Positions 12,037 to 24,742 of a DNA stretch of 64,000 nt are shown here, one piece after another (the stretch's first letter is position 1; each line of letters begins with the position of its first letter). Origin of the DNA: Ruditapes philippinarum (lineage: Eukaryota); the NCBI RefSeq assembly GCF_026571515.1, contig NW_026855294.1, positions 806,001 to 870,000 on the forward strand, given 5' to 3'. The position numbers were made by a program, and so were the translations under genes. Below the pieces are notes generated by a model. It had not been told where the DNA came from and searched no databases. It saw only the letters and a list, made by a program, of their open reading frames with translations.

Positions 12037-14221
12037 ATGGCTTCTGAGGAAACGAGTGAGATGCTGGAATCATCTAAACCTCAGTTAGACCTCCGTTTTG
12101 TAGACCATGTTGAATCAAAGATACAAAGCCCTGAGAGAGAAGTTATCAGTCCAACAAAAAAGTCAATAAAAGGTCCATTTTCTGCTTCAGCAACAAGTTT
12201 AATTGGAAAGATAAATGAAAATGGTACTATGGATAATGTTAATGAAAATGCAAAATCAGACAGTAAAAAGGAAGAACAAAGTGAAACTAAGAGTAATGAT
12301 AGTGGACTAGATTCTTCAAATGTTAGTTCAGAAAACAGTGAGGAACATTTTATAGACAGACAAGAAAGTTATACAGCAGTCGATGAACCAGAAGTATTAA
12401 CATCACCAAATAGAACTGTGGATAAGCTGTTTAACTTTTTAGACAGTTCCTCTTCACAGTCTTTAGATGCCCTTAATAACAATAGTGAAGTCATAATAGG
12501 TGATAATGAAGAGGATAAGATTGAAGTTGCTCAAACAGATATGTATCTTGGGAAAGAGGTAGCCTTGCATGGAGGTGAAAATGGTAAAGATGAGAATGTA
12601 GAACAAAAAGAGACTGATGATGCATCTATGAATTTGTATTGGTATACCAGTAGTTTAGATGTGGATATGGCAGAATTGGAACAATTTAAGACATCACAAA
12701 CAGAAGAAAGTAAAACAACAGAAACTATCACCACAAATTTACAAATAACTGTAGGAAATGGTTATTACAAGACAAAAAATATTGAAGTAGATTTAGAGCC
12801 TCAAAATGGAAGTGTGTACAAATCAGAAACAAGTTTTGATATTAAAGCAACACCTGTTAAAAGAGATAGTTGGTCTCCTGCCTTTGAATCAGCTTCTAGT
12901 AGAATCCTTGATCTAGCATCAGAACTGAAATCTGAGCCAAAGCATAAAAAGAATAAGGAAAATGAGTCTATTAGAAGTGCTGTAGAAGTTGATTTAGAAA
13001 AACACCCATGGGGTTTAGATGTGGATAGAAAAGTTATGTCTGAAGTTGAAACAGAAGGTCCTGATGATTTACCAGATATTGGTGAAATTTCAAGTAGAGA
13101 TAATGTAGATAGTTCTGTAGGTCCTTATCAAAGTGAGGCCTCAGTAGCATTTATGGAGAATGAATTTTTAAGAAATACTGAAAGCTTGGAAGACGAAGCA
13201 GATGCTATAGGGTATATGGAATTGGCAGACAAACCTATTGTAGAAGTAACAAGTAAATCTGTTAAGTCACAAAAAGGTAAGAGATTGGACCAAGAGGACA
13301 AAGTGAAAACAGTTGGTGCTAAAGAAGAGCATAAACAAAAGATTGAAGTTTGTGCTGAAGATGTAGCAGATGCCATTGGTTATATGGAATGGAAAGATAA
13401 GCCAGTAGATGAATCAATAAAAGTTTCTGAACAAACAGTATTAGAATATGTTGACCATAGAAGTACAGAAAGAACTGTTGGTGAAGTAAGGACTGAAACA
13501 GCTAGTGTCACAAGTATTGAAAGTCAAATTTTAGGCAAAGGTGCAATGGTTGAAGCTAGTCAGAAATCTAAGTCAGAAGGAATAGATTCTCCTGATGCAG
13601 GATTGGAAGTTATTGAAAAGTCAGATAACAAAACTGTTCAGTCTTCATTACAAGAATCTCTAAAGGAGCCAGAGAAAGTTGAAGCAAAGCCATTTGATCC
13701 ATTTAATATTAAAAGAAAATACATTGTAGGAAGAGATTCAGAAGGGACTGTGAAAAAGATGGGAGGAAAGTTAATAGGAACGGAAAAAATGGTTGATGAA
13801 TATTTAGATGATAGTAACTATTCTCTTCTGTTGAATGACTGTTGGTTAAGACTTAGAAATAAGAAATTTGAAATGAAAGTCAATGCCGCCTTTGGCTATG
13901 GTCCAAATATATCACCAGCTGTAGAAATGCTTACTAATGAAAGTGATATCCAAGAAATGCTGATGAAGAAGTTTGAGAAGACATTGGAACAAAAAAGAAG
14001 GGTGTCTGAAAGACAGTTAGATGTTCTCATTGATGCTTTAGGCTTCTCAGAGTTTGTTACATTTGAGACCATAAGAAAGAAATTCCAGGTGGATGGTTTT
14101 ACTGTTACTATGGAAACGACCAACTTCGGGTTCCAGGTTGGTGAGGTTGACATTGTTGCCAATAGTTTGCCAGAGATGATGACCAGTTTGAAAAACATGG
14201 ATGACTTAGCTGCAAAATTAG
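12037..14221 (+). CDS. Main coding exon of a thiamine-triphosphatase (CYTH)-like protein with a ~555-aa acidic low-complexity N-terminal extension
   Basis: Acceptor TTTCAG ends at 12021, ATG is at 12037 and donor G|GTATGG is at 14221/14222. The C-terminal ~175 aa (NIKRKY...GGKL...DEYLD...LLLNDCWLRLR...FEMK...RKKFQVDGFTV...FGFQVGEVD...LAAKLG) match the motif order of vertebrate THTPA as recalled. Confidence 0.85.
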
Positions 14222-14863
14222 GTATGGCTTTTAAGAAATGTTTTGATGATATAGTTAACAGTGACTTTTAAAGTAAAAACTGTTGTGGGAAAAAGAAAAC
14301 TTGTATGTTATATACGCAGTAATAGTACATTTGAGTGCTAACAACAAACTTATTGCTGCTTTGAGTCGTGGGTTTGAACCTTTTGCTTATAAGTATCATA
14401 TTCATGGAAGTTGCCATGACTGCTTTTGTCTGAAATTTATTTTGAAGGAGATGTTGATACTCTGTATATTAATTTAGTTTAATTTTTGTTTTTAATTTGA
14501 AGTTAAACTTATGTCTTGGATTTTAATGTTGTAAAGTATGGAAGAAATATATATGATGCAAATTACCATTACGTTAACGTTTTATCACCCCTTAGAGTGC
14601 TGGTGTCAATAATTACTTATTACTAAATATGACACTAGTATAGGGGCAAACTAACCTTACCTGTGAAGTTTTACCAAGCTCGAACCTGTTGGCTGTGCAC
14701 ATTTGTATTTTGATATTAATATGCTTGAAACAAATAATGGACTGCTCCAGATTGCAGACAAGGCAAAAAATTTTTTTTTTAATTTTGGTAATAAAATCGT
14801 TAATGAACAATTTGGGGCTTTGCTATCTCTATAAGTGTGTATATATTTTTCTGTCTATTATAG

Positions 14864-14889
14864 GTTTTAGACCATTACAAAGCAATTAA
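14864..14889 (+). CDS. Final coding exon of the THTPA-like gene (G-FRPLQSN-stop)
   Basis: Acceptor TATTATAG ends at 14863 and the phase-1 join restores Gly. A GTAAGT donor at 14923 suggests a further 3'UTR exon, with a candidate acceptor TTTCAG ending at 20489. Confidence 0.65.
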
Positions 14890-15480
14890 ATGCTGACAAG
14901 ATGACTTGTGCAAGTGGAAATGGTAAGTGCCAAGGTATTGCCAACTTCTCCAACGTTGAAGTGGATTCTTCAGAAATATCATGCTTTTAATTAGTTATTA
15001 ATTCTGGCATGTAATTAAAATCACTCGAGATAATTTACGTTTTGGTTTGCGGTTAAAACCGAATGAAGTGGTGCTATTTAAAATTCAGCTGCAGTTTACG
15101 ATTTTGAGAAAGTGCTGTTGCTTGTAATTTGTGTTTCTGCGGTTGGCCACAAGATAAAGACAGCCCTACTTCTCAATGAGAATGACATTTTTGTACTTGT
15201 AAATTTGTACTTTAAAATGATGAATACCTTCAGATGAGTAAACAAATTTAGAAAGAAAAAAAACATTACGAAAAAATGTAGCGAAAGAATTGTAATGATA
15301 TTTCCAATGAACTTTGTTATGATTAATCTGAAATATGTCAGAATTAACTATTTTTACTACCATATTTCTACCTGTGTTACTAATGGAATGAGGGTTGTTT
15401 CTTTGACATATTTATACTTTTAAATATTTGTACTTAATGAAACCCAAAGTGAAACAATCAGACAAAATATAAAAGAGAAT

Positions 15481-16572
15481 TTTAGCTCACCTGAGCACAA
15501 AATGTGTGCCAACTTCTTATGGTTGATGGCTGTCTGTTTTGTCTTCCCTGTGAGAGGATAAGGGTCACTGGGTTCAAGGTCACTTAATGCTTAAACAGTC
15601 AAAAAATAGATTTTCTGCATTTCTAATGTAGCCTTTATTTATTAAGAACCATCTCAAAGTATTAAGTTTAATCATTATTTATTGTGAAAAAGCTTATAGC
15701 TTATTTGAAGTGCCGTAAAGTCCTCCCAGTACTGGTGTCATAATAGAAAAATTCCATGACCCTTGTATGGCTTGAAACTACTATCCCTTGGTTAAAAGGC
15801 TGGCACCATGAACTAGGCCACCACTGACTTCAAAATATTTCAATTATAATAATTTGATGTGAGATAACTTGTTTGCATTGGTTAAACGATTTAGTAGTTT
15901 TCTTTTATTGTCATTTTCTTCAATACTAACCTAGATATAGCATTGAAACTTTATCAGGGCCAAAAAACTCTTCTATGTAGAGGCTGAATATAGGCTGCTT
16001 CCCCAACCAACTAGCCTCTTTTTCCCCCCAGTTTGGTCCTCAAAATTCCCCAGTCTTTTTAAATTTCCCATAGAATTTAGAACAAAATTAAATGATGGTG
16101 TTGAATTAAGGTCTTTTACTGCCTTATTAGTATTTCCCAGTGCTTTTTGCTTTTCTATTTTGAAGAACTTGCTAAAAGTTTGTGTTAAATTTGAGACCAC
16201 TTTCCCAAAGTATGCCAAAATCACGCATATTTTCCCCAAGAAAAAGGCTGAAGCCCCTTCCCCAAAAATGGTGTTTTGGCCCTGTTTATATATGGATACA
16301 CCTTGATGAGATATACTTGTCACATTTATTTTAAGATCAAAAGGTCAAGGTCTCTGTGACCTGTAATGGGTTACTAATAAGGTAAGGTTTATTTTCTCAG
16401 AAACTATTAGAATTGGAATTCACTTCCAACTTGAGATACTTGTTTACTATCAAGGGCAAATGATTCTGATAAGCAGTTTTTCAGAATTATGCCCCATTTT
16501 AAAGTTTGCTGTTACTGTATTATCAAGTTTTTAGAAAAGTGGAGCGGACTGATACTTTTAGACAGCTCTTGG
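15481..16572 (+). mobile_element. Old degenerate non-autonomous Helentron-type (HINE-like) element
   Basis: 5' end TTTAGCTCACCTG matches the 33965-35171 element. Internal AAGGTCAAGGTC boxes are present and the 3' end reads ...GACAGCTCTTGG. Confidence 0.4.
15955..16284. mobile_element. MITE with 11-bp TIRs and a 5-bp TSD (hAT-like), nested in the HINE remnant
   Basis: CAGGGCCAAAA ... TTTTGGCCCTG with TTTAT on both sides and repeated internal TTTCCC motifs. Confidence 0.7.
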
Positions 16573-17489
16573 TTTTAACGTGTTTTTTACTTGGCTTTAA
16601 GAAAGGAAGAAAAATCATACTCAGACATAGTTATGATTCTGTTTTTTAATTCAAATTGATTTTTCTGCATCCCTATATAATATTCTTTCTATTGAATTAC
16701 ATGGAAGAGTATATAAATATTTTAAGTTTCTCAATTCAATCATAAACCTAGATCACATTCTATCATTTTCACACTCGTTAGACTGTGTGCCTTATCTAAA
16801 AATGTTCCTCTCCAAAAGTTTATTAATAAATAAGAGAAAATAAGACCCAGACTTAACACAGTCTGGTATATATAAAAAAACGTAAGTATTGCTGTATTAA
16901 TTAGACATGTTGAATGATGATAGATATTCAAGGAGTTATACATTAGTCAAAATTATCAGTAATCCCAGGGGCTTCTAGACAGTAAATAATGTACGATTGG
17001 CATCTTCAAACATCGAAAACAGTAATTAAGAGGTGATAATTACAAAAAAATCCAGCTGTCTTCATTAATCAACAAGGAATATAATGAGAAAATGAGGCAT
17101 GTGAAATTTCTAGGCTTCAAATAGTTTCGATGTATCTGGAATTGTAATTAAAGGTGTTAGATTTAACTTTAGAATGTAAACAGTCTGATTCAAAGAATTT
17201 TAACAGTCTCGAAGTGGGGATTTTTTTTCTTTTTTCCCCTTTCTCGTTGATTTCTCTGCTTTCTCGTGCTCTTTCAAGTGCGATTACAGGTTGTTATGAA
17301 AATAAATATGAAATGCAGTCTGCACTACATTACTTGTACTGCACTGGTCTAAGGTCTGTTTTAATGTTGATAAAATCTACAGATTAAAGCAGCAGTATAA
17401 TATACAGTGATATACAGTCTCCCACTGAAAAACTGCATTAGTACTTTATTTTGAGGGGGATTGTGCGTCTTGTACAGAAATTTCTTCAA

Positions 17490-17695
17490 CTGCCAGAGAC
17501 TTTCTCCTGTGAGGAAGCTGTTTGGCTGGCTTACATATGGTTGGTGGTTCTACTCGTATCCCTTGCTTGTGCCTGAAATAATGTATGGAAGAGCATCTGA
17601 CGTCTTCCTAGACCAGTAAAGCTTGAAAGTGGCCATATGTTCTTTACACTGTTGGGGCAACTTAAAAACAAAAAAACAAAAAATAAATAAATAAT
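17490..17695 (+). mobile_element. SINE-like remnant (3' part, A-rich tail)
   Basis: GTGAGGAAGC...GGTGGTTCTAC...TGCCTGAAATAATG...AAAGCTTGAAAGTGGCCATATG...TTAAAAACAAAAAACAAAA. Related copies lie at ~9.9 and ~11.3 kb. Confidence 0.5.
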
Positions 17696-20600
17696 TTGCA
17701 AATTATTGATGTTTTCAAAACTTTGATATTGATGGTAAGATGATGTAGGTTACCCTCTGCTCAATCATAAAATTTCCAGCATCATTTCACAAATTTGTAG
17801 AACCTCCCGACCCCCATCCAAGAAAAATTCAGGAGAATATGATGTAAGACAAATCAAATTCAGTTATTTTAACATTCCACTTAAATTTCTGATCTCAAGG
17901 GAATCTCCTGATGGTAAAGCAGTAATAAATAAAACACATTTTGATTGGCTTGTTTTTGCGCAATAAATTCATCTGAACCAATCAAGAGTCTTGAGACAGA
18001 AAATTGAAGTTCAAGATTAAAGAAATGAAATTACTTTACAGCCATAAGTTAGCCTCAACGTTTCCTGGTATTTTAATTTAATAAATCATGATGAGCTGGT
18101 GATAAATAAACATTATTACTCTAGTGTCAGATTTGAAATAAAAAATTCCCGATATCAGAAAGTCGTTAAACTTGTGATCTTCGAATTGCCGATGTGACCT
18201 CATTCATTCCGGTCTGGTTGTCTATTGTCCTAAGACAATCAAGTGTGGAATAATTGCTGTAAGAACTTCAATATTTTAGTCGGAGAGATCAATGGTACGG
18301 CACCACTGTTCTGACAGTTCATTATACTTCACAGCCCCGATCTTAATTAACGGTCTAAATGTCGAGACCAGAAAAACACTTTCAATACACACTAATGAAA
18401 GGAAAAAATGATAGCGAAAGCTCGTAGGACGCTAACTAATCACTTTCTTAGAAATCATTTGCGTAAAAGGCATTTTCCTGTTGTTTAATTATGTAGCTTT
18501 TCCATTTGCCGCTAAGATTTATAATTTGTTGTATTGATTGAAGGGTTGATAGGATGGTTTAATCAAATTACGCGGGGTTGCTATGAAATAGAAATATAGA
18601 AATAAAGAAAATGTTCTTCTACAGTGGAGAACAAACATCGGGGAATTAGATGTCTCGATAGAGACAGCCTATGATTTGTATAAGATTGCGGACATTTGTT
18701 TTTGACTTAAATCATATAAATGGTAAATCACTTTTGTGCATCGCTGTAATATTGTTCTAAAAAAATTTAAACGAAAGTGCGTTCCGCACATTCTTTGATA
18801 ATGTTTCTGGATTTTTTTTTTCTATCGTTTAATATTAGGCAGATCGAGGTTTTGACATTCGGCAACAGATATTGATGTACATGACATGTAAATTAGCGTT
18901 TATGAACTTGGTTTCAAATAACGCATATTTGCAGTGCGTACAGCTTAGTAAATATTTAAACTTTAATTGAAGTAACTGTGAAAAAAATCCACATTGAATT
19001 GATAATGCAATTAATAGAAAATCATTAGTGTTACGATTAAAATTTTTCACATCAATTTTACGATCTTGTTGTTTATCCTTGTGTTTATGAGCTGTTTGTT
19101 GCTTTTGATTTAAGTTAATTTATGGAATAGTTGTTATATGATATTCTAGGGACATTTTTTGTGATGCGTTTAAATACGGTTGTGACAATGCATGGAAATA
19201 AATGCTTTTCCCAGATCATTAGTTTAATTTGGTCTTATTTCCTCTCCCCTTTAATGGATTTTAAATTACTTCTGAACCTTTACGATAATTTCTCTTAAAA
19301 CAGCTTAGTAGCTGATTAGTGACATGAGTTTTATAAAATTGGATACGTCTAATTAAGATTTCATTATTTTCAAACTATGCGAAATTGAATAATTTGTCCA
19401 AATTGAAGCAGTAGCAGTTACGTTTAGTAGTTTCTTTGTTTATTTTTTTCCTGACATTTTCGGGAAACAATCATCCTCAATCGTTGTCTCATTTGACTGT
19501 TGATTTATTTCGTGCCCGTGTATTTTGCGCGTATTCGGCAATGAAAGATAGATCTGTTGATAATGTTTAGCAAATTATTAGATATTTCGGCAATATTTTA
19601 TAAAAATGAGAACTAGCGAGCATGTTTGCCAATAGATCGTAATCGTTGATGAGCAATATCTGCAGTTTTAATGGCAATTTGTTCTCATTTAAAAACATTT
19701 TATGTAATTTAGAAACATCAGGTTAGGCCGCCATAACATTTCACTAGTTTGATTAGATACTTTCAAGATGTTTATACATTGTTTAAAAAGCTGAAACAAA
19801 GGTCACTGCTACAAATTGAGAACTTTTGGTGAAATTTTAACTAAAATACACTGGAATAAATAATTCATGGTCAAAAGTGCAAATATGTTCCCATATTGAG
19901 AGTCCTTCTGATTTGGTAAAGAAAAGTACACATGGATACTAAAGTGTAGACCTGTTCAATACAATATTCTCAGAAATTCTTTTTATTTCCAGCCCATGGG
20001 AAACTTCCGGGGGGCTTAATCCTCCTCCTTACTGGTGTATGATTGAATGATAGGGAAATATGGGTTTATTCACACAACACCAACATCCCCCCACCCCCAA
20101 CCCAACCCCAGAAACAGACAAAACAAAGTGATTTTGTCCAGGAAGATGCATATCTTTTTCAACCCATCACTTTCAATATTAAAGAAATTGTACATAATAC
20201 AATAATTATTGACGTGTTTAACTACTCACATGTCTTTAGTATAGTACATGTAATTATTTAAAGAAATGTCATTCTAAAGGTCAACATTACTATGACGTCA
20301 AGCCACCTAGGGTTTCTGTGTTTCTTCCAATATGATAAAATTATTTAAAAAATGATTTTGGTATTGTGATTGCAATTTGGTACTGACTATCTGAAAGTTT
20401 TTAAGCTTTCATAATTTGATCATTTAGCAATTTAATTGAAAAGTGATGTAACTATTTTAACTGTTGTCAATGACTTTGTTATATTTCAGTTTGGAAGTCT
20501 TGTTGCCATGGCAATGCAGAGTAAATGGATGACGGGTGCTTTAAATGGACCAGTAAACTTGACAGCCTTTTTGCATCCTAGCTTTTAAAACTACTGCGTG

Positions 20601-21143
20601 TATATCCATATAAAACTTTTCCGTATATATATCGATATATCTTGTATATTATGTATTGTCGCCTGATATTATAATTATAATAATGTATTGCTATGTGAAC
20701 TGTGCACTCTGATGCCATATCACTGTTGTTGTTTTTTTATGGTAATATTTATGTATATCCTGTCATTAGAATTTAGGATCTTGCGTAACAAATTTAAAAA
20801 TTTTTGCATCATGATATTATTCTAAGCTTTTTTATGAGCTTTTTAAAATGTGATATTAAGTAAGTGTCAAATAATACCTTTTATAGAGAATAAGTTACTA
20901 ATATTTAAGTTAAAACTTGTGCATTCAGAAAAAAAGAAGTTATTAAAAAAAACAATATTTTTTTCATGAAAATTTTAAGTTCAAGGGAGGTAATTCTGAT
21001 AAATTTTGTGCTAGAGTTGTAAACTTTGTCACATATGATGTGGTTGATGACTAGCAACCAGAATTTTCAACATAGGAAGATAAGAAAAGGATGTGTAAAT
21101 TAATCATCTGAATACAGTTCATAATTAAAGATATATACATCTT

Positions 21144-21379
21144 AAGGTAATAAATTGCTCTGTTAAGAAAGGTGGTCTTAAATAAGAGGTTAATATATGG
21201 CAGTTCAGTAACATATCCATATATATTCTTATATAATGTTACTTATATCACAGAATAGTGATTTAGAAGTATAAATAGATATATAATAAAACCGTCATGC
21301 TTTATTCTATGATACTGATCTATCATATATTAACCTCTTATTTAAGACCACCTTTCTTAAAAGAGCAGTTTATTACCTT
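21144..21379. repeat. Long inverted repeat (~56-bp arms, ~124-bp spacer), followed by degenerate AAGACCACC repeats to ~21880
   Basis: AAGGTAATAAATTGCTCTGTTAAGAAAGGTGGTCTTAAATAAGAGGTTAATATATG and its reverse complement at 21324-21379 differ at 2 positions. Confidence 0.85.
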
Positions 21380-22861
21380 CTGTAAAAGAACAGTGTAAAA
21401 AAAAGTACAATGGTATACTAATAGATACCTTTATTTAAACAATATGTAACCTCTACTGTAAGACCACCTCCTTTGAAGATCTGTTTCAGTTAAATATTGA
21501 ACAAATATATTGCATTTCAGTTTTATTTTAACTTTTGCCTTGTGACCATCTTTTAAATAAAATTTGGAGTTTTATCTAACCACCACCTGTCTTAAAGGTC
21601 TGGTTCTTTCTATTTACAGTTTATATATTGTATTTAAAGTTTTATTAACCTTTGTCTTAAGACTACTGGCCATTATCATTTCAATTCAACGTAAAACAAA
21701 TATTATATATAATTGTATAACAGTTTATTCTAATCTCTGGATAAGGACCACCTGTATTAAACCAATTCAGTTTTGGTGTAAACATATTGTATGGAATAGT
21801 TAATTTAACCTCTAAAGACAACCTGCATTAAAAGACCACTATCCATATAATTCGAACACTGGTCTTTGTAGACAGGGATCTCTATAATCTAAGAATTATG
21901 ATTACAAAAGTCAGTAATTAGTGCAATTTATATGATATGTTAATTCCAATGTTTCCGTCTGCATTCACTTTCACGTGTTGGAGAACAATAAACTTTGAAG
22001 CGTAGGTTTTTATGTTGGGGATTTGCCTAGAATCCAATACATTGTACAAATGTCCATTTTATGACCAATTTTGATGGAAAATTGACACTTTTAATGGGAG
22101 AAATTTGTTATTTTAAGCGAAAATAATGAGTCTGTGTGAACATATTTTCATCAGTTTATTACTACACTGGAAGCCTGCAATTTCATATTTGTTATTATTT
22201 CCTGTAACTATTTATTATTATTTTCATAGCTTCATATAAAAATTTTATGAATTTCACTCGTGAATGAAGCGTATAGTTGCTAGTGGTCACGTGTCATGCC
22301 TTTTCATATTAGTAAATAAATGATTATTAAAAAAAAAAAAAAAAGAGGAGAAAAGAATGGAGAAACTTTTAATTTGATAAATATATCAGTGGTCCAATTT
22401 GAATCTCAATAATAAAATATAATGGTTATTAAAAATATAGAAAAAAAAGAAAATTATGATATTATTTTAAGGATGCATATCATAAGGACTGCATAGTAAA
22501 TTAAGTAAAAGTTAAATAAGTGTCACTGGAAGCCTTTCATTTACATGTATAGAGTAAAAGCAATATAAACTTCTAAAGGAACATTTTCCTGCACTCTTGT
22601 TTTTATAGAAACTATATAGAAACCTTTTTCAAGAACTAAAATTAACAATAAATTAAAAGATTAGGAGGGGAGAAAAACACATCAAATATATTTTAAGTAA
22701 ACTAATAAAGTGGTACAGAACAAAATAATATGCTGCTATTTTATTGAAGGTTTTATCAAGCAAAAATTTTCTGCTTTTTAACCAGGTTTTCAACGAAAAC
22801 CGGGTTATTGTAATGCCGAAGTCGGCGGGCGGGCGGGCGGGCGGGCTGGCGTCAACTTTTG

Positions 22862-23447
22862 GTTTCCGCTCAATAACTTTAGTTTGCTTAGGCCTATTGA
22901 CACCAAACTTGGTGTATGGGTAGCTTATATCAAGAGGCAGCTTGGGATTGCTACCCAGGTGTCTGTGATCAAGGTCAAGGTCACTGTTACTAAAAATAGA
23001 AATTCAGTTTCCGCTCAATAACTTTAGTTTGCTTTGGCCTATTGACACCAAACTTGGTGTATGGGTAGCATATATCAAGAGGCCGCTTGGGATTGCTACC
23101 CAGGTGTCTGTGATCAAGGTCAAGGTCACTGTTACTAAAAATAGAAATTCAGTTTCCGCTCAATAACTTTAGTTTTCTTTGGCCTATTGACACCAAACTT
23201 GGTGTGTGGGTAGCTTATATTAAGAGGCCGCTTGGGATTGCTACCCAGGTGTCTGTGATCAAGGTCAAGGTCACTGTTACTAAAAATAGAAATTCAGTTT
23301 CCGCTCAATAACTTTAGTTTTCTTTGGCCTATTTACACCAAACTTGGTGTATGGGTAGCTTATATCAAGAGGCAGCTTGGGATTGCTACCCAGGTGTCTG
23401 TGATCAAGGTCAAGGTCACTGTTGCTAAAATAGAAATTCAGTTTCCA
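22862..23447 (+). repeat. 4 x 145-bp tandem array inside the Helentron 5' region
   Basis: GTTTCC(GCTCAATAAC) recurs at 22862, 23007, 23152, 23297 and 23441. The copies are nearly identical. Confidence 0.95.
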
Positions 23448-24742
23448 TGTAATTGCTTCATTTTGCATGTATTGATTGTGTTGCTTTCAAATGAATGCTT
23501 TGTATCCATGTTGCTTTGTATCTGTAAATGTGTAGTACCCTTATATATCATGCATTTGTTACGGTGCCCTTGCTGAATTGATCAATATCCAATTATTGCA
23601 ATAGAAAACAAACTATCTGTCAAAAGAAATAAAGAAGCTAAAAGCTTATATTTAATCTATTTTATTTAATAATTACATCTGTATCAATTCAGCAAATGTG
23701 ACTTACCTCCTATAGGTGGGCACTGGAAACAAAACCACCTTACTAAAAGCTTGAGTGCAAATAGTCGCTTGTTGACATTGTCATTTAACCCCTGTTTGTT
23801 ATTGTGTGTTTGTATGTGAAGGCTGCGCATTATGCTAGTGTAGACATTGTTTCTTTAATAACTTTTTACATACATATTTAAAGAATATTTCAAAAAGAAT
23901 ATTTCTAATATACTTTTGCACTGTACTTTTGGCTAAATCTTCTTGCACTGAACAAGGGCATGGCTTAGTACTATTTAATGTGCGATATGTAACTGTAAAG
24001 TAAACATTTTCCATCTGCAATCACAGCATACTGCTTCTGCCTTTAAAACGCTAGTATACACACATTTGCATTCAAGCTTTATTATAATATTCTGTAGTTT
24101 GAACCTTATAGTAAGCACAGTAGTGTAGTTGGTGCAATGCATGTTCTTCATTTGATTTAAGAAATAGTTGTCTTTTGGACATGCTGGAAAGCACATCAAG
24201 ACACTTTTTCATTTTTCCACACAACCCTTATTAAATCGTAGCACAATCATTTAATATTACAAAAGTGACTGGTTTTATTTGCAAATGTCTGCATAAAACC
24301 TGTTAATGAAGTTAGACATGGTGGTGGTTTTGGCTAAAAGTCACTTTTACATAAATATTCCTTATTTTGTCTGCTCTAAACAAAAGATCTCTGCATTTTA
24401 TTTGATTTAAACTGCTGCATACATTGGTCAGTGTCTTTATTAGCATTTTGGTATTCAGTAAGTCCTCTGAAAAGCATGTTTATATAAAAGTGTATTTTGT
24501 TTAAAGCAGACAGTTTATAATCACAGTTCACATAGCAGCTTTATTTCTATTTCAGGCATCATTTGATTCTAACTTCATCATCATTATCTGTAATAAACCT
24601 TTCACTAACAGCTTTATTTCAGATAACACAGAATTTTATTTTTAAGATGGCAATAGATATGAATTCAGAGTAAACGTCCAACATTTACAAAGTTTTCCAT
24701 ATTATACACATATTACTTTGTATTTGCAGATAACATATAAAA

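Noticed and set aside
22314-22344. AATAAA plus a ~16-nt A tract as a retrocopy tail
   Set aside because: No TSD or retroposed body is identifiable; it may just be a poly(A) signal beside a genomic A-run.
22862-23447. CRISPR-like interpretation of this and the other regular arrays
   Set aside because: The monomers are head-to-tail near-identical with no unique spacers, the context is eukaryotic, and there are no cas genes.
23835-24199. Cys-rich minus-strand ORFs inside the Helentron as a possible PHD/Zn-finger gene
   Set aside because: The Cys/His spacing does not complete a recognisable finger, and the ORFs are short and AT-rich.
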